A stretch of DNA of 55,689 bases from a virus (Duplodnaviria; Caudoviricetes), in IMG/VR virus record IMGVR_UViG_3300049142_000153, positions 1-55,689 of that record; one strand, written 5' to 3'. Shown here piece after piece: positions 37,961 through 48,023 of the stretch (the stretch's first letter is position 1; each line of letters begins with the position of its first letter). A program made the translations under genes and the position numbers. The notes below the pieces were generated by a model. The model made no database searches, was not told the origin of the DNA, and saw only the letters and a program-made list of their open reading frames with translations.

Positions 37961-39526
37961 GCGGCGCCTTCCACGTCATCGACGACGCATCCGCCCCCGC
38001 ACTTGGCGACATCCGCGACGCCGGCCCCGGTGACCTGATCTACATCCGCCCCGCAGCGACGAGCCGCCGCGACTTCCCGAAGTACTGGGAGGCCGCGGGG
38101 GTCGCGCTGACGCGGGGCGCGCTGGTGAGTGTGTTGAACCGAGAGGAGACAGCGTGAGGGACTCATTCGGCGTCGTGATCCAGGAGGGTGACCGCGTCAT
38201 GTCCGCGTCGACGTCCGGCGGACTGGCGAAGATCGGGACTGTGTACCGGGCGGACAGCGGGCGCCTGATGATGACCGTCGAGCACCCGGAGACGTCGCGC
38301 TCCTACTTCAGCCAGAAGCGCTCACAGATCGGCTCCATGGCGCTCGTCCTACGAAAGGCGGACGGCACCGTGCCGGCGCACGTGACGGGGGAGGTGGCTG
38401 GCTGATGGCGCGCAGCATCGGACACACCGACGAAGAGTGCTTCCGGGTCGTCGAGACGTTCACGCGGGCGGACGGCAGTACCGGTCACCTCACGTGGGGA
38501 CCGTACTCCACGCTCGCGCAGGCGCGGGGGATGCGGACCCGGCAGCGTCGTTGGCTGACGTTCGAGAACTCGGTGTTCACCATCGACCGCGCACCCATCG
38601 CGTGGGAGAACGTCGAGTGACCGGCATCCGCGAACCGGAGATGGTCGTCGTCCGCGCCGTCCCCGACCCGATCCCCGCGGAGTTCACCTTCGACCCCTGC
38701 GTGTACGCCTCTTGGATCACGCCGGAGCTTATGCGGGAGGTGGAGGAGGGGTGACCACCATGGAAGAGCAGTGCGCGAAGCACCGAGCGAAGCTGAGGTC
38801 ACAGCCCTTCGCGACGATCGTCCCGGACCGCAAGCCGCCTGTGAAGTGCCACGCACACATCGGCCTGGCGAAGCTGGCCGTTGGACATGGTGGGTGGCAC
38901 AGCTCCGCCCGCGGGGGCGAGATCTACGAACTGACTGCCGACGGTTGGCGGTTGCTGTACCGAGTCGAGTCGGGGACGTCGACAGGCGCGCTCCCCTGGA
39001 AGGAGAGCCAGTGAGCCGCATCAACATCCACGAGACCAAGACCGGTGACAGCCGACTGGAGATCAACCTCCCCGCGCTCCAGCGAGGCGAAGAGCAGCAC
39101 TCGTTCACCGACGGCGAGGAGCTCGGGGCGGCGTCGACGATCATCGATCTCCTCGACGGGCTCGACAACGGCGAGGCCCTCGTCATCACGCGCGAGATCT
39201 GGTGACGGCGTGGAACAACTCCTGATCGCCGCCGCATCCGTCGCCGTCCAAATCGCACTCACCGTTGCGGCCTTCCTCTGGGCGGCACGGTGCCTGAAGA
39301 AGGAGAAGCAGTGTTCCGAGTAGTCCAGACGCGTGAAGCCTTCGCGTATCCGGAGGGCAAGGTGTGGGGCCCCTACACCGAGCAGCTCGACGCCAACGAC
39401 CGCGTCGCCTTACTCCGCGAGTTCGGTGGTGACGGCGTCATCGAGTCGGGCGAGTTCGGCGCCCCGTGCGGCCTCAACCTCGTCGATGCTGGGGGAGGAG
39501 GTGGAGGTCTCCTGGTCACCGCGTGA
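37957..39526 (+). other. Chain of small, mostly coupled hypothetical genes (37957-38157, 38154-38405, 38405-38620, 38617-38754, 38751-39014, 39011-39205, 39311-39526)
   Basis: GTGA/TGATG overlaps and RBSs; no recognisable functions. Confidence 0.6.
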
Positions 39527-39787
39527 AGACCTTCGTCACGGCAGTAACCGTATCCCTGGGTACCCGTTGACGCTTAGTCAGTAGATAAATCCGTCGAGTC
39601 GAACACGCGTACGATAAGGCGGAGGCTGGAGTAGAAGGGGTGCGGTCAGTGGCGAATGAGGCGACGACGCAGGGTGAAGACGACGGGCTTCTGACGTACC
39701 GGGGGACGACATGGAGAGTGCAGTCGGAGCCCGTGGTGATCGAATCCGACAACGGCTCGGACCTCGTGGAGGTCTGGGTCAAGAGGG

Positions 39788-40204
39788 GTGAGGGCATCGA
39801 GCAACCCAGCTAAGGCCAAGGGGACCGCGTGGGAGTCGGCAATCGTCGGCTACCTCCGCGAGCAGCACAACCCGGGCGCCCGTCGCAACGTGCAGATGGG
39901 CGCCCGCGACATCGGCGACATAGACGGCTACTACCTTCACGCCCTGGAGGCGAAGGCAGAGAAGTCAATCACTCTCGCTGACTACATCGCGCAGGCGAAC
40001 CGGGAGGCGGTCCACGCCGGCCAGCCGTTCGGGTGTGCGGTCGTCAAACGGCGGATGAAGGGCGTGGGGGACGGCTACGTCGTGCGTGACGTGCGGACGG
40101 ACGTACGGCTCCTGAACCGCATGCGCGACATGGAGGAGGCGCTGAAGTCCGCGGCTCCAGCGGCGTACGCGCTACTCGACGCACAGCACCGGGAGGCAGC
40201 GTGA
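39788..40204 (+). CDS. Holliday junction resolvase-like PD-(D/E)XK nuclease
   Basis: KAKGTAWE...D.GDI....EAK...QA..EA...VVKRR. Confidence 0.8.
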   Translation: MRASSNPAKAKGTAWESAIVGYLREQHNPGARRNVQMGARDIGDIDGYYLHALEAKAEKSITLADYIAQANREAVHAGQPFGCAVVKRRMKGVGDGYVVRDVRTDVRLLNRMRDMEEALKSAAPAAYALLDAQHREAA

Positions 40205-40359
40205 AGCAGTATCGATGCTCGGACGGCATGGTCTGGACCGAACAGCCTGACGGCACGTACCGGAGCCCCGACCCCGAAGGCGGGTACTGGCGGGAGACGT
40301 CGCTCGAAACGCTGGAGCGGTGGGGCGGCCCCCTGACGCAACTGGAGGAAGCAGCGTGA
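40201..40359 (+). CDS. Small GPL-domain protein
   Basis: YRCSDGMVW...WGGPL; coupled. Confidence 0.55.
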   Translation: MKQYRCSDGMVWTEQPDGTYRSPDPEGGYWRETSLETLERWGGPLTQLEEAA

Positions 40360-40562
40360 AGAAGGCAGTGATCCCGTTCGCGGGAACCATCGTCGTGTAC
40401 CCCGACGGTGACGAGTACGAGGGTGGGGACATGTCGTCGAGCGACGCTCAGGGATGGGTCTGGCATGCCCTGGCCCGTGGTGACAAGCACGCCTCGAACT
40501 TCATCAGTTACGGCGGGCCGTCAGGTCCGGTGACGTTCGAGGACTACGACTCGGACGAGTAG
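40356..40562 (+). CDS. Hypothetical protein
   Basis: Coupled; TAG stop begins an operator copy. Confidence 0.55.
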   Translation: MKKAVIPFAGTIVVYPDGDEYEGGDMSSSDAQGWVWHALARGDKHASNFISYGGPSGPVTFEDYDSDE

Positions 40563-40653
40563 CGCAAAACGTTCTGCGGTCCAGCGCCGCGCAGCACTGA
40601 CACAGGGGCGTCCTCCGGGGCGCCCCTTCCGCATGCACGAGAGGGGAGAGGGC

Positions 40654-41175
40654 ATGGGCGGGATCAGCTTCGCGCCGATACCTGGGACTGACGGTAGGTA
40701 TGTCGCGGATAGCGAGGGGACCCTTTACGGCTTCCGCGGAGCGCTGAAGGCATCCCGTCGTCGCGAACGGCGAGCCAACGGCTCCAAGGGTCATGAGCAC
40801 TTGGGGGTATCCGTCTGCTACATCTCCGGTAAGCGAACGCGCTGGGTTCACCACCTCGTCTACGAGGCATTTCACGGATCGGTCCCTGACGGACAGATGG
40901 TCCGCCACCTGGACGGCGACCCCACGAACAACCGGCTGGAGAACCTCGCAGCCGGGACACACGCAGACAACATGAACGATCGCGACGCCCACGGCACAAC
41001 GGCTCGGGGTGAGCGACACGGCTGCGCCAAGTTGACCGTCGAGCAGGTTTCAGAGATCCGGCGAATCTACGCCGCCGGCGGGATTACACAGGCTGCGCTC
41101 GGTCGGAAGTTCGGCATCAGCCAGGCCATGACGGGATACATCGTGCGCGGCGAGTACTGGAGGGAGTCTGCATGA
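40654..41175 (+). CDS. HNH homing-type endonuclease with C-terminal HTH
   Basis: VHHLV..AF.G...VRHLDGDPTNN...NL...N; AKLT...TQAALGRKFGIS. Confidence 0.88.
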   Translation: MGGISFAPIPGTDGRYVADSEGTLYGFRGALKASRRRERRANGSKGHEHLGVSVCYISGKRTRWVHHLVYEAFHGSVPDGQMVRHLDGDPTNNRLENLAAGTHADNMNDRDAHGTTARGERHGCAKLTVEQVSEIRRIYAAGGITQAALGRKFGISQAMTGYIVRGEYWRESA

Positions 41176-43682
41176 GGCTGTCGGAGATCCTTGGGCGGCT
41201 CGATGGGGTCACGGACGACCACGACGGCTTCCTTGCCCTCTGCCCCGCGCACAAGGACCGGAACACGCCGTCGCTGAAGCTCACGTTGAAGGAGGGCGGG
41301 AAGCTCCTGTTCGTCTGTCGTACGGGCTGCGACAAGGCTGACGTCCTGGCGGCCATGCGCATGCGTGAGGCCGATCTATTCGACGTCGTGAACGACATGG
41401 GCGCACACGCCATCTCAGCGAAGGTACCGGAGTCCGTGAGCGTCGCGGAGATAGCAGGGCTCCGAGCGTTCATCGACGCGGCAGTTGGCAAGCTGGAGCG
41501 CTCCTCGGAGTGGCCGGAGCGTGCCCGTGCCTACGCGTTCGAGCGCTTCGGACTCAGTGCTGAGCAGTGTGCAGATTTGGGCGTCGGCGTGTACGACCCC
41601 GGCGACGCGATGATCAAGCGATCGTGGCTGTCCGGTGCGTTCACCCGGTACCCGAGGCTAACCGTGCCCCTCACAGGGTTCGACGGGGTCGTTCGAGGTC
41701 TCCAGGGGCGTGACCTCTCCGGTAAGTGCCCCGCGCGGTGGGTCTCCCTGACCAACGTCGACGGGAAGACGTGGGCGAAGTATGGCGTCCTCTCTGCCGG
41801 CGCCGGGTACGACACGATCCTTGTGACGGAGGGCCCCGGTGACGGACTGACATCTGTTGGTGTCGGCTACGACGCGCTCATCATCCGCGGTGCCGGGTTG
41901 GCACGGAACGCGGTCCTAGTGGCGGAACTCGTGGAGCACCTCCGCGGGCGTGACGTAGTTCTAGCCTTCGACCCTGACGACGCTGGAGCACGTGGTATCG
42001 GCGCCCTGGCCACGGCGCTAGTCGAGGACGGTAACGCCCCGCGTCAGCTCCCCTTCCCGAACTCTGGGGAGGATCTGACCGCCTGGCGGGAGCGGACGCC
42101 GGACGCGTTCGCGGCAGAGCTGCACCGTGCGGTACGGACGGCAACCGTCGTCGAGCTGGTGGTACCCGCATCGACTCCCGCTCCGTCGCCGGAAGTGGAG
42201 GACAGTCTCCCCGCCACTGACGCGGCTCTGGCGACGATGGACCTGTCCGCCCGGCAGATGTTCGACAACACCGACGTCGGCATTGCCGTCATGCTGCGCG
42301 ACTTCATCGCTCGCGACGGCGGGGGAGTCCGCTACGCCAAGGGGCTCGGCTTCCTTTGCTGGGACGGGAAGGTGTGGGCGCCCGGAGGGGAGAAGGTGCG
42401 CGAGTCGCTACATCTGCTTGGCGCGGAGTTGATCGCGTCGGGTGACGACTCGAAGCGCCGGCTGGCCCTGAAGGCACTTAGCAATCGCAGTATCGACGCA
42501 GTCCTGAAGGAGCTTCCCGCGGTGCCTGGCGTGCCAGTGGACGCCATGTCGTTCGACGCTCATGACGACCTGCTGTCCGTGGCCAACGGGACGATCAACC
42601 TGCGTACGGGGGAGCTTCGTCCGCACAATCCCGCGGACCTGATCACGAAGCGCCTGGAGGTGGCGTACCGCCCGGAGGCGACGGCCGACCGTTGGGAGCA
42701 GTTCCTTCGGGAGGTGTTCCCGAACCACCCGGAGATGCCGTCGTTCGTTCAGCGGCTCACAGGCTATGGGATCACGGGCTACACGAGTGAGCAGCTCTTC
42801 GTGATCCATCACGGAGGCGGCAAGAACGGTAAGACCGTGTACACGTCGACCACGAGCCACGTCTTCAAGGGTGCAGTACAGAACAGCGAGTTCACAACGT
42901 TCGAGAAGACGCCGGAGGAGGGAGCGCCGTCTCCGGGGCTCGCGCGACTTCGCGGGTATCGCATGGTGCTGGCGTCTGAGAGCGAGAAGTATGCGCGGCT
43001 CGCGGAACCACTCATCAAGCGGCTGACCGGCGACGGCAACATCATCACGACTCGGTTCCTGCATCAGAACCCGTTCTCCTACCGCCCCCAGTTCCTCCTT
43101 CAGGTGGAGACGAATTACAAGCCGGCCATCCTTAGCCAGGACTACGGAATCTGGAGGCGCGTAAAGCTCATCCCGTGGGAGGCCGTGTTCGACGGGCCGA
43201 AGCAGGACCCGCAGCTTCAGGCGAAGCTCCGGGCGGAGTCGGAGGGCATCCTCGCGTGGGCCGTGCGCGGATCCGTCGAATGGTTCGCGCACGGGCTGAA
43301 CGAGCCCGCGTCGGTGTCGGCCGCTACGACGGCGTACCGAGAGTCGGAGGATCGACTTCAGGAGTTCCTCAACGCGTGCACCGTTCGTGAGGAGGGCGCC
43401 CGAGTCGCTCCAATGGCCATCCGTCGGACGTATGCGGAGTGGGCGGAGGACGCCGGACTTGACCGCAAGGAGAAGTTGTCCGGCTGGGCACTCGCGGTCG
43501 AACTGGAGAGCCGAGGCTTCAAGAAAGACAAGCGCAAGGGGGCTTGGGGGTTCAACGGTCTACGCCTTATGACGGACGACGAGCGGGCTTTCGCAAGTCG
43601 GCTTGCGGAGGTCGTTGACGAGCCTGCCGACCAACCCACCGCCGACACGGACATCTTCGGGCAGACGAAGGAGGCAGCGTGA
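41172..43682 (+). CDS. DNA primase-helicase (Zn finger, TOPRIM, D5/P4-type SF3 helicase)
   Basis: CPAHKD..C, TEGPGD, DPDDAG, GGGKNGKT, IWRR. Confidence 0.92.
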   Translation: MRLSEILGRLDGVTDDHDGFLALCPAHKDRNTPSLKLTLKEGGKLLFVCRTGCDKADVLAAMRMREADLFDVVNDMGAHAISAKVPESVSVAEIAGLRAFIDAAVGKLERSSEWPERARAYAFERFGLSAEQCADLGVGVYDPGDAMIKRSWLSGAFTRYPRLTVPLTGFDGVVRGLQGRDLSGKCPARWVSLTNVDGKTWAKYGVLSAGAGYDTILVTEGPGDGLTSVGVGYDALIIRGAGLARNAVLVAELVEHLRGRDVVLAFDPDDAGARGIGALATALVEDGNAPRQLPFPNSGEDLTAWRERTPDAFAAELHRAVRTATVVELVVPASTPAPSPEVEDSLPATDAALATMDLSARQMFDNTDVGIAVMLRDFIARDGGGVRYAKGLGFLCWDGKVWAPGGEKVRESLHLLGAELIASGDDSKRRLALKALSNRSIDAVLKELPAVPGVPVDAMSFDAHDDLLSVANGTINLRTGELRPHNPADLITKRLEVAYRPEATADRWEQFLREVFPNHPEMPSFVQRLTGYGITGYTSEQLFVIHHGGGKNGKTVYTSTTSHVFKGAVQNSEFTTFEKTPEEGAPSPGLARLRGYRMVLASESEKYARLAEPLIKRLTGDGNIITTRFLHQNPFSYRPQFLLQVETNYKPAILSQDYGIWRRVKLIPWEAVFDGPKQDPQLQAKLRAESEGILAWAVRGSVEWFAHGLNEPASVSAATTAYRESEDRLQEFLNACTVREEGARVAPMAIRRTYAEWAEDAGLDRKEKLSGWALAVELESRGFKKDKRKGAWGFNGLRLMTDDERAFASRLAEVVDEPADQPTADTDIFGQTKEAA

Positions 43683-45604
43683 AGTACTTCCCCTACACCA
43701 TCGCGGGCGAAGAGACGATGACCCGTGTCCCTGAGACGGCCGCGGACCTCGACGAGTTCCGTCGGTGGGTCGAGCGCATGGCGCGTTCCGGCGAGATGGT
43801 CGGGGCGGACTCGGAGACGACGGGGCTCGACACGTTCTCTCCGACGTACCGCCTGCGGACGGTCCAATTCGGGGACAAGCGTCAGGCGTGGGTGATCTGC
43901 GTCGAGCTTGGGCCGATGTTCGTGGAGGCCGCCCGGTGGGCGCTTCTGACGTTGCCTCGTCTCGTTTTCCACTTCGCTCCCTTCGACTTGCTCGTTATCG
44001 ACCGGCACCTTGGGGTTCCGTTGGCGACGCTAGCCCTGAAGGTGACCGACTCGAAGATTATCGCGCATCTGTTCGATTCGCGACCCAAACACGAGGGTGG
44101 CTACGGACTGAAGCTGAAGGAGCTCTGCGCGCGGGACGTAGACCCGAGCGCGCCGGACACGCAGGAGGATCTGACCGCTGTCTTCCGCTCCATAGGCGAG
44201 ACGAAGGCGACGGGTTGGGCAAAGATCGACATCAACCACCCGACGTATCTCCAGTACGCGGGCCTGGACGCGATCCTCGTGTCCCGGTGGCTCCCGATCG
44301 GGGAGGCGCGGCTCCGTAAGGTCGGCGTGCGTCAAACACTCGTGGACTTCGAGCACCGCGTGATGTACGTGTGTGCGCTCATGGAGCGTCGCGGAATGCT
44401 CGTCGATCAGGACTACGTGCGCCCGCTCGTCGAGCGGCTTCAGGAGGAGGCAGAGCTCCACGCCGGCAAGGCTCGCCAGTACGGCGTAACGAGCGTCAAC
44501 GCCCCGGCGCAGGTCTCCGCGGCCCTCGTCGGCATGGGGGAGACCCTGACGGAGAAGACGGACTCCGGGAACCTGAAGGTGGACAAGGAAGTTCTTCAGG
44601 CCCTGGCAGACGTCGACCGGGATTGGGAGCGCATCGGGGCGCGGAAGCCCAACCCCCTGGCGGACGCGGTCCTTCGCTCGAAGCGCGCAGGCAAGTGGGC
44701 GAAGTCCTACGGCGTGGCCATGCGTGACGGCGTCGACGTCGACGGCCGCATCCATCCGAAGGTGAACAGTCTCCAGGCCAGGACAGCGCGTATGTCTATC
44801 TCTGGTCCTCCGCTCCAGCAACTCCCGTCGGGAGACTGGACGATCCGTCGCGCGCTACTGGCGGACCCCGGGCACCGCATCTTCTCCGTCGACTACAGCG
44901 CGGTGGAGATGCGCGTCCTTGCCGCCCTGGCGGACGAGAAGACGATGAAGAAGGCCATTGCGGAGGGCCGTGACCTCCATGACTTCACCGCGGAACTCAT
45001 CTGGGGTCCCGACTTCACGAAGGCGCACCGCAAGATGGGCAAGGGGGTCGGCTTCGGCAAGGTGTACGGAGGTGGCGCAACGACGCTGAGTCGGCAGACC
45101 GGCGCACCGATCGACGAAGTCAAGGTGGCCATTGCGGCATACGACCGCGTGTACCCGGGGATCAAGCGCTACTCGCGCGAAGTCCAGCGTAAGGCACGCG
45201 CCAACGGCTACGTCGTCATCACGCCGACCGGCCGGCGCCTCGCCCTGGACCGGGACCGCGTCTATGCGGCGACGAACTACGCCGTGCAGAGCACCGCGCG
45301 TGACGTGCTGTGTCAAGCGCTGCTCAACATGCACGACAAGGGGCTGACGGAGTACCTCCTCCTGCCGATCCACGACGAGGTTCTCGGGTCTGCGCCCGCG
45401 GACATCGTCCACGACGTGTCACGGGAGGTGGCGGAGACGATGACCATGAACTTCTTCGGAGTTCCGCTCGACGCGGACCTTGACGGCGCCGTGGGTGGCC
45501 GCTCGTGGGGGTCTCTCTACATGAAGACCTCTGACGGGAAGATCGACGGCGCCCTCCGTGTACGCGAGGACGAGTGGTACGCGAGCGTGGGACTGGCCGC
45601 GTGA
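43679..45604 (+). CDS. Family A DNA polymerase with 3'-5' exonuclease
   Basis: DSETTGL, DYSAVEMR, R..GK...FG..YG, IHDE. Confidence 0.95.
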   Translation: MKYFPYTIAGEETMTRVPETAADLDEFRRWVERMARSGEMVGADSETTGLDTFSPTYRLRTVQFGDKRQAWVICVELGPMFVEAARWALLTLPRLVFHFAPFDLLVIDRHLGVPLATLALKVTDSKIIAHLFDSRPKHEGGYGLKLKELCARDVDPSAPDTQEDLTAVFRSIGETKATGWAKIDINHPTYLQYAGLDAILVSRWLPIGEARLRKVGVRQTLVDFEHRVMYVCALMERRGMLVDQDYVRPLVERLQEEAELHAGKARQYGVTSVNAPAQVSAALVGMGETLTEKTDSGNLKVDKEVLQALADVDRDWERIGARKPNPLADAVLRSKRAGKWAKSYGVAMRDGVDVDGRIHPKVNSLQARTARMSISGPPLQQLPSGDWTIRRALLADPGHRIFSVDYSAVEMRVLAALADEKTMKKAIAEGRDLHDFTAELIWGPDFTKAHRKMGKGVGFGKVYGGGATTLSRQTGAPIDEVKVAIAAYDRVYPGIKRYSREVQRKARANGYVVITPTGRRLALDRDRVYAATNYAVQSTARDVLCQALLNMHDKGLTEYLLLPIHDEVLGSAPADIVHDVSREVAETMTMNFFGVPLDADLDGAVGGRSWGSLYMKTSDGKIDGALRVREDEWYASVGLAA

Positions 45605-46020
45605 GGCCCGCACGTCTCGCGTCGCCGTCCGTGGGACGTGCGGCCGCAGTTGCCCGTGCGGTGGCGGGATCTCGTCCCTCTGCCGCACGGTCAGTGCCCC
45701 GCCCCATGCGCACCCTGCCTCTCCTGCGGCCTCCCGAGCCCCCTCTCTACCCCTCCCGGCGTGACGCTCTGCGACGGTGGGAGGAGATGGAGGAGTGGTC
45801 CTGTGCCTACTGTGACGCTGCATTCAGCCCGATGGTCGTAGCAGAGGTGGACCATGTTCGTCCGCTTGCGAGGGGCGGTCTTCACGAATGGTCCAACTTG
45901 GCTCCGGCGTGCGCCCTCTGCAACCGACTCAAGTCTGACCGGGACGTAGGTGACTTCATATCTGATATCCCTGGTGAGCGCTTCACCGTGGGCCGCCTGA
46001 CGACTACTCAGAGCCTCTGA
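45601..46020 (+). CDS. Small HNH endonuclease (start may be 45706)
   Basis: CAYC...EVDHVRPL.RGG....NL.PAC..CN..K. Confidence 0.8.
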   Translation: MRPARLASPSVGRAAAVARAVAGSRPSAARSVPRPMRTLPLLRPPEPPLYPSRRDALRRWEEMEEWSCAYCDAAFSPMVVAEVDHVRPLARGGLHEWSNLAPACALCNRLKSDRDVGDFISDIPGERFTVGRLTTTQSL

Positions 46021-46243
46021 CATACGTGTCAACGGGCTTCACGACTCATTCACAATATAACGAGTTCATCACGACGGAATCGGTCGTTCCGGAGATGGGT
46101 CGACCGGCATAACTCCAGGTGAGGATGGCTCGACCGACACAACCCGACCCGGCGGCCCGCTCGTGAAAGCCGGACTAAACCACCCATAGCGGCCTGAATA
46201 CCGGACCTGATCCGGCCGCATGGTCATTGCCTGTGGAGGTTGT

Positions 46244-46609
46244 GTGACTTACGGTTCTGATCACGTCGCAGATGGACGGAAGTTGACCGAGCTGCTCAAC
46301 GCGCTAGAGCGCGACTTGAGTGAGGTCCGCCAACTCCTGGCCGCTTACGACGACGCAGTAACCATGCCTGGCCGCCGACAGTCAGGAGTGGATGCGGACG
46401 GGGGCCGGCAGGCAGCGCACGGAATATCCCGCCCGACGGAACGCGTGGCGCTCGATGAGCGCCGCACGGCTCTTCACGCAGAACTGAAGAATGGCGCCTC
46501 CCGACTGCCCTATGCAGTAGCGGTAGTTCGAGGCGTCTCCGCATCCATGGACCGCGCCCTTGCCCGATGGGAAGGGGAGGACGCGTCCGCTGAGTCCCGG
46601 GGGGACTAG
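46244..46609 (+). CDS. Hypothetical protein
   Basis: GGAGG RBS; SRPTE.VAL motif. Confidence 0.6.
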   Translation: MTYGSDHVADGRKLTELLNALERDLSEVRQLLAAYDDAVTMPGRRQSGVDADGGRQAAHGISRPTERVALDERRTALHAELKNGASRLPYAVAVVRGVSASMDRALARWEGEDASAESRGD

Positions 46610-46831
46610 TTGATCATCGTAACGGGGCCGCAAGACACTGCCGACGACAAAGAGAGCATCGAGGCTCTCGCGGCTCTCCTCGACGGAGTACCCGCCTTCA
46701 GTGTCGTTCTCCAGTGGGCCGCCGCAACTGCCCTCTATTGCCTCTCCGGGTGGGAGAAGTGCCCGATAGCGGTAGCTGACATGACGATAGCCGAGCAGTT
46801 CAGGCTGCCGGTTCATCACGTGTCGGGCTGA
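46610..46831 (+). CDS. Hypothetical protein
   Basis: Abuts upstream gene; L.GWE.C..A motif. Confidence 0.55.
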   Translation: MIIVTGPQDTADDKESIEALAALLDGVPAFSVVLQWAAATALYCLSGWEKCPIAVADMTIAEQFRLPVHHVSG

Positions 46832-46853
46832 CACCGCAAAACGTTTAGCGCTA

Positions 46854-46891
46854 GAGCCCCCGTCCTGACGCGCGGGACGGGGGCTTTCGTT
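46854..46891 (+). terminator. Terminator immediately after operator 46832-46853
   Basis: gagcccccgtcc/ggacgggggctttcgt. Confidence 0.75.
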
Positions 46892-46930
46892 TACCCAAAC
46901 CACTGTGTGACCCACGTCACAAAACATCAG

Positions 46931-46960
46931 CCTCACATCTGCACCGGATTACGACACAAC
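46931..46960 (+). promoter_or_regulatory. Bipartite motif copy 4 (before the phage sigma gene)
   Basis: CCTCACA-tctgcaccgg-ATTACGACACAAC. Confidence 0.7.
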
Positions 46961-46992
46961 ACAAGCACAAGCCACTCACGGAGGAGCCTGAC

Positions 46993-47793
46993 ATGAGCCG
47001 AGACGACATCAGCACCGAGCAGATCCGCGCGGCTCAGACGGGCGACTCCGACGCCATGTGGGCCGTCGTCCAGGGCTGCGACGCCATGCTCCGCGGGATC
47101 GTCCGCAGCGTCGCCCCGGGAGCCAGTGCGGAGGACGCGGAGGACTACCTCCAGGAAGCGCGAGTCACTCTCATTCAGCACGTGCGCGACTACGACTCGG
47201 AAGGGTCCGCAGCGAAGCTGACGTCATACGTCTACCGTGCCGCCCGGCGAGCCGTCACGGCCGCGCACATCGCGAACACCTGCGCCGTCACCGTCCCCGC
47301 CACGGCCACGATCACCATCCGTCATCTCCTGTGGAGCCACGCAGGCGACGTGGAGAAGGTGTGGGCGGAGCTCCAGGAGGAGAAGAGCGCGACGCACAGG
47401 ATCTCTCGGGAGATGTTCGTCGCCATCCTCGAAGCAATCACGGAGTCGACCAGCCTCGACGCTTCCGCGGGAGGGGAAGACGCGGACGGGTCGAACCTCA
47501 CCCTTGCCGACGTCATCGCCGACCCCTCGTCGGAGCCGACTGACGCCATCGAGCGCAGGGACTACGCCCGGTGGCTCATGACGCAGATCCCGCAGCGCCA
47601 GTCCTTCGCGCTTCGTGCCTTCTACGGCGTCAACATGACCTCGATGACGGACGCGGAGGCCGCAAACACGATGGGCGTCAAGCTCAACAACCTCCGTCAA
47701 CTGCGAAGCGCAGGGTGCACCAGTGCCCGCAAGGTCGCCGCGACGTTCCGCCAGATCCACACCGAGACCGCCCCGCTTTCCGCAGCAGCGTGA
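46993..47793 (+). CDS. Phage-encoded sigma70-family RNA polymerase sigma factor
   Basis: AQTGD..A, EDYLQEA...V.DYD (region 2), SLD...TLAD.I.D (region 3), region 4 HTH. Confidence 0.85.
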   Translation: MSRDDISTEQIRAAQTGDSDAMWAVVQGCDAMLRGIVRSVAPGASAEDAEDYLQEARVTLIQHVRDYDSEGSAAKLTSYVYRAARRAVTAAHIANTCAVTVPATATITIRHLLWSHAGDVEKVWAELQEEKSATHRISREMFVAILEAITESTSLDASAGGEDADGSNLTLADVIADPSSEPTDAIERRDYARWLMTQIPQRQSFALRAFYGVNMTSMTDAEAANTMGVKLNNLRQLRSAGCTSARKVAATFRQIHTETAPLSAAA

Positions 47794-47827
47794 AGCACTA
47801 CCACCCCTTCGAACTGGAGCAACGACC

Positions 47828-47974
47828 ATGAACCGACTTCCCTCCCTCGACGACTACGACCTCCAAGGCGTGCGCCTCGACGAGGCCGCCCTGTGGGGTG
47901 ACGACGTGAGGTACGCAGTCGAGGCCCGTTCCGACTCAACGCCCCTCGACGGCTTTTCCGTCGAGCAGTTCTGA
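47828..47974 (+). CDS. Small acidic hypothetical protein
   Basis: GGAG RBS; followed by operator. Confidence 0.5.
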   Translation: MNRLPSLDDYDLQGVRLDEAALWGDDVRYAVEARSDSTPLDGFSVEQF

Positions 47975-48023
47975 CACCAACGCAAAACGTTTAGCGGTAC
48001 TGACAAGCACACGAGGAGAGAAC

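Noticed and set aside
46021-46240. Additional ribozyme or riboswitch in this intergenic gap
   Set aside because: No recognisable catalytic core or stable fold found by eye
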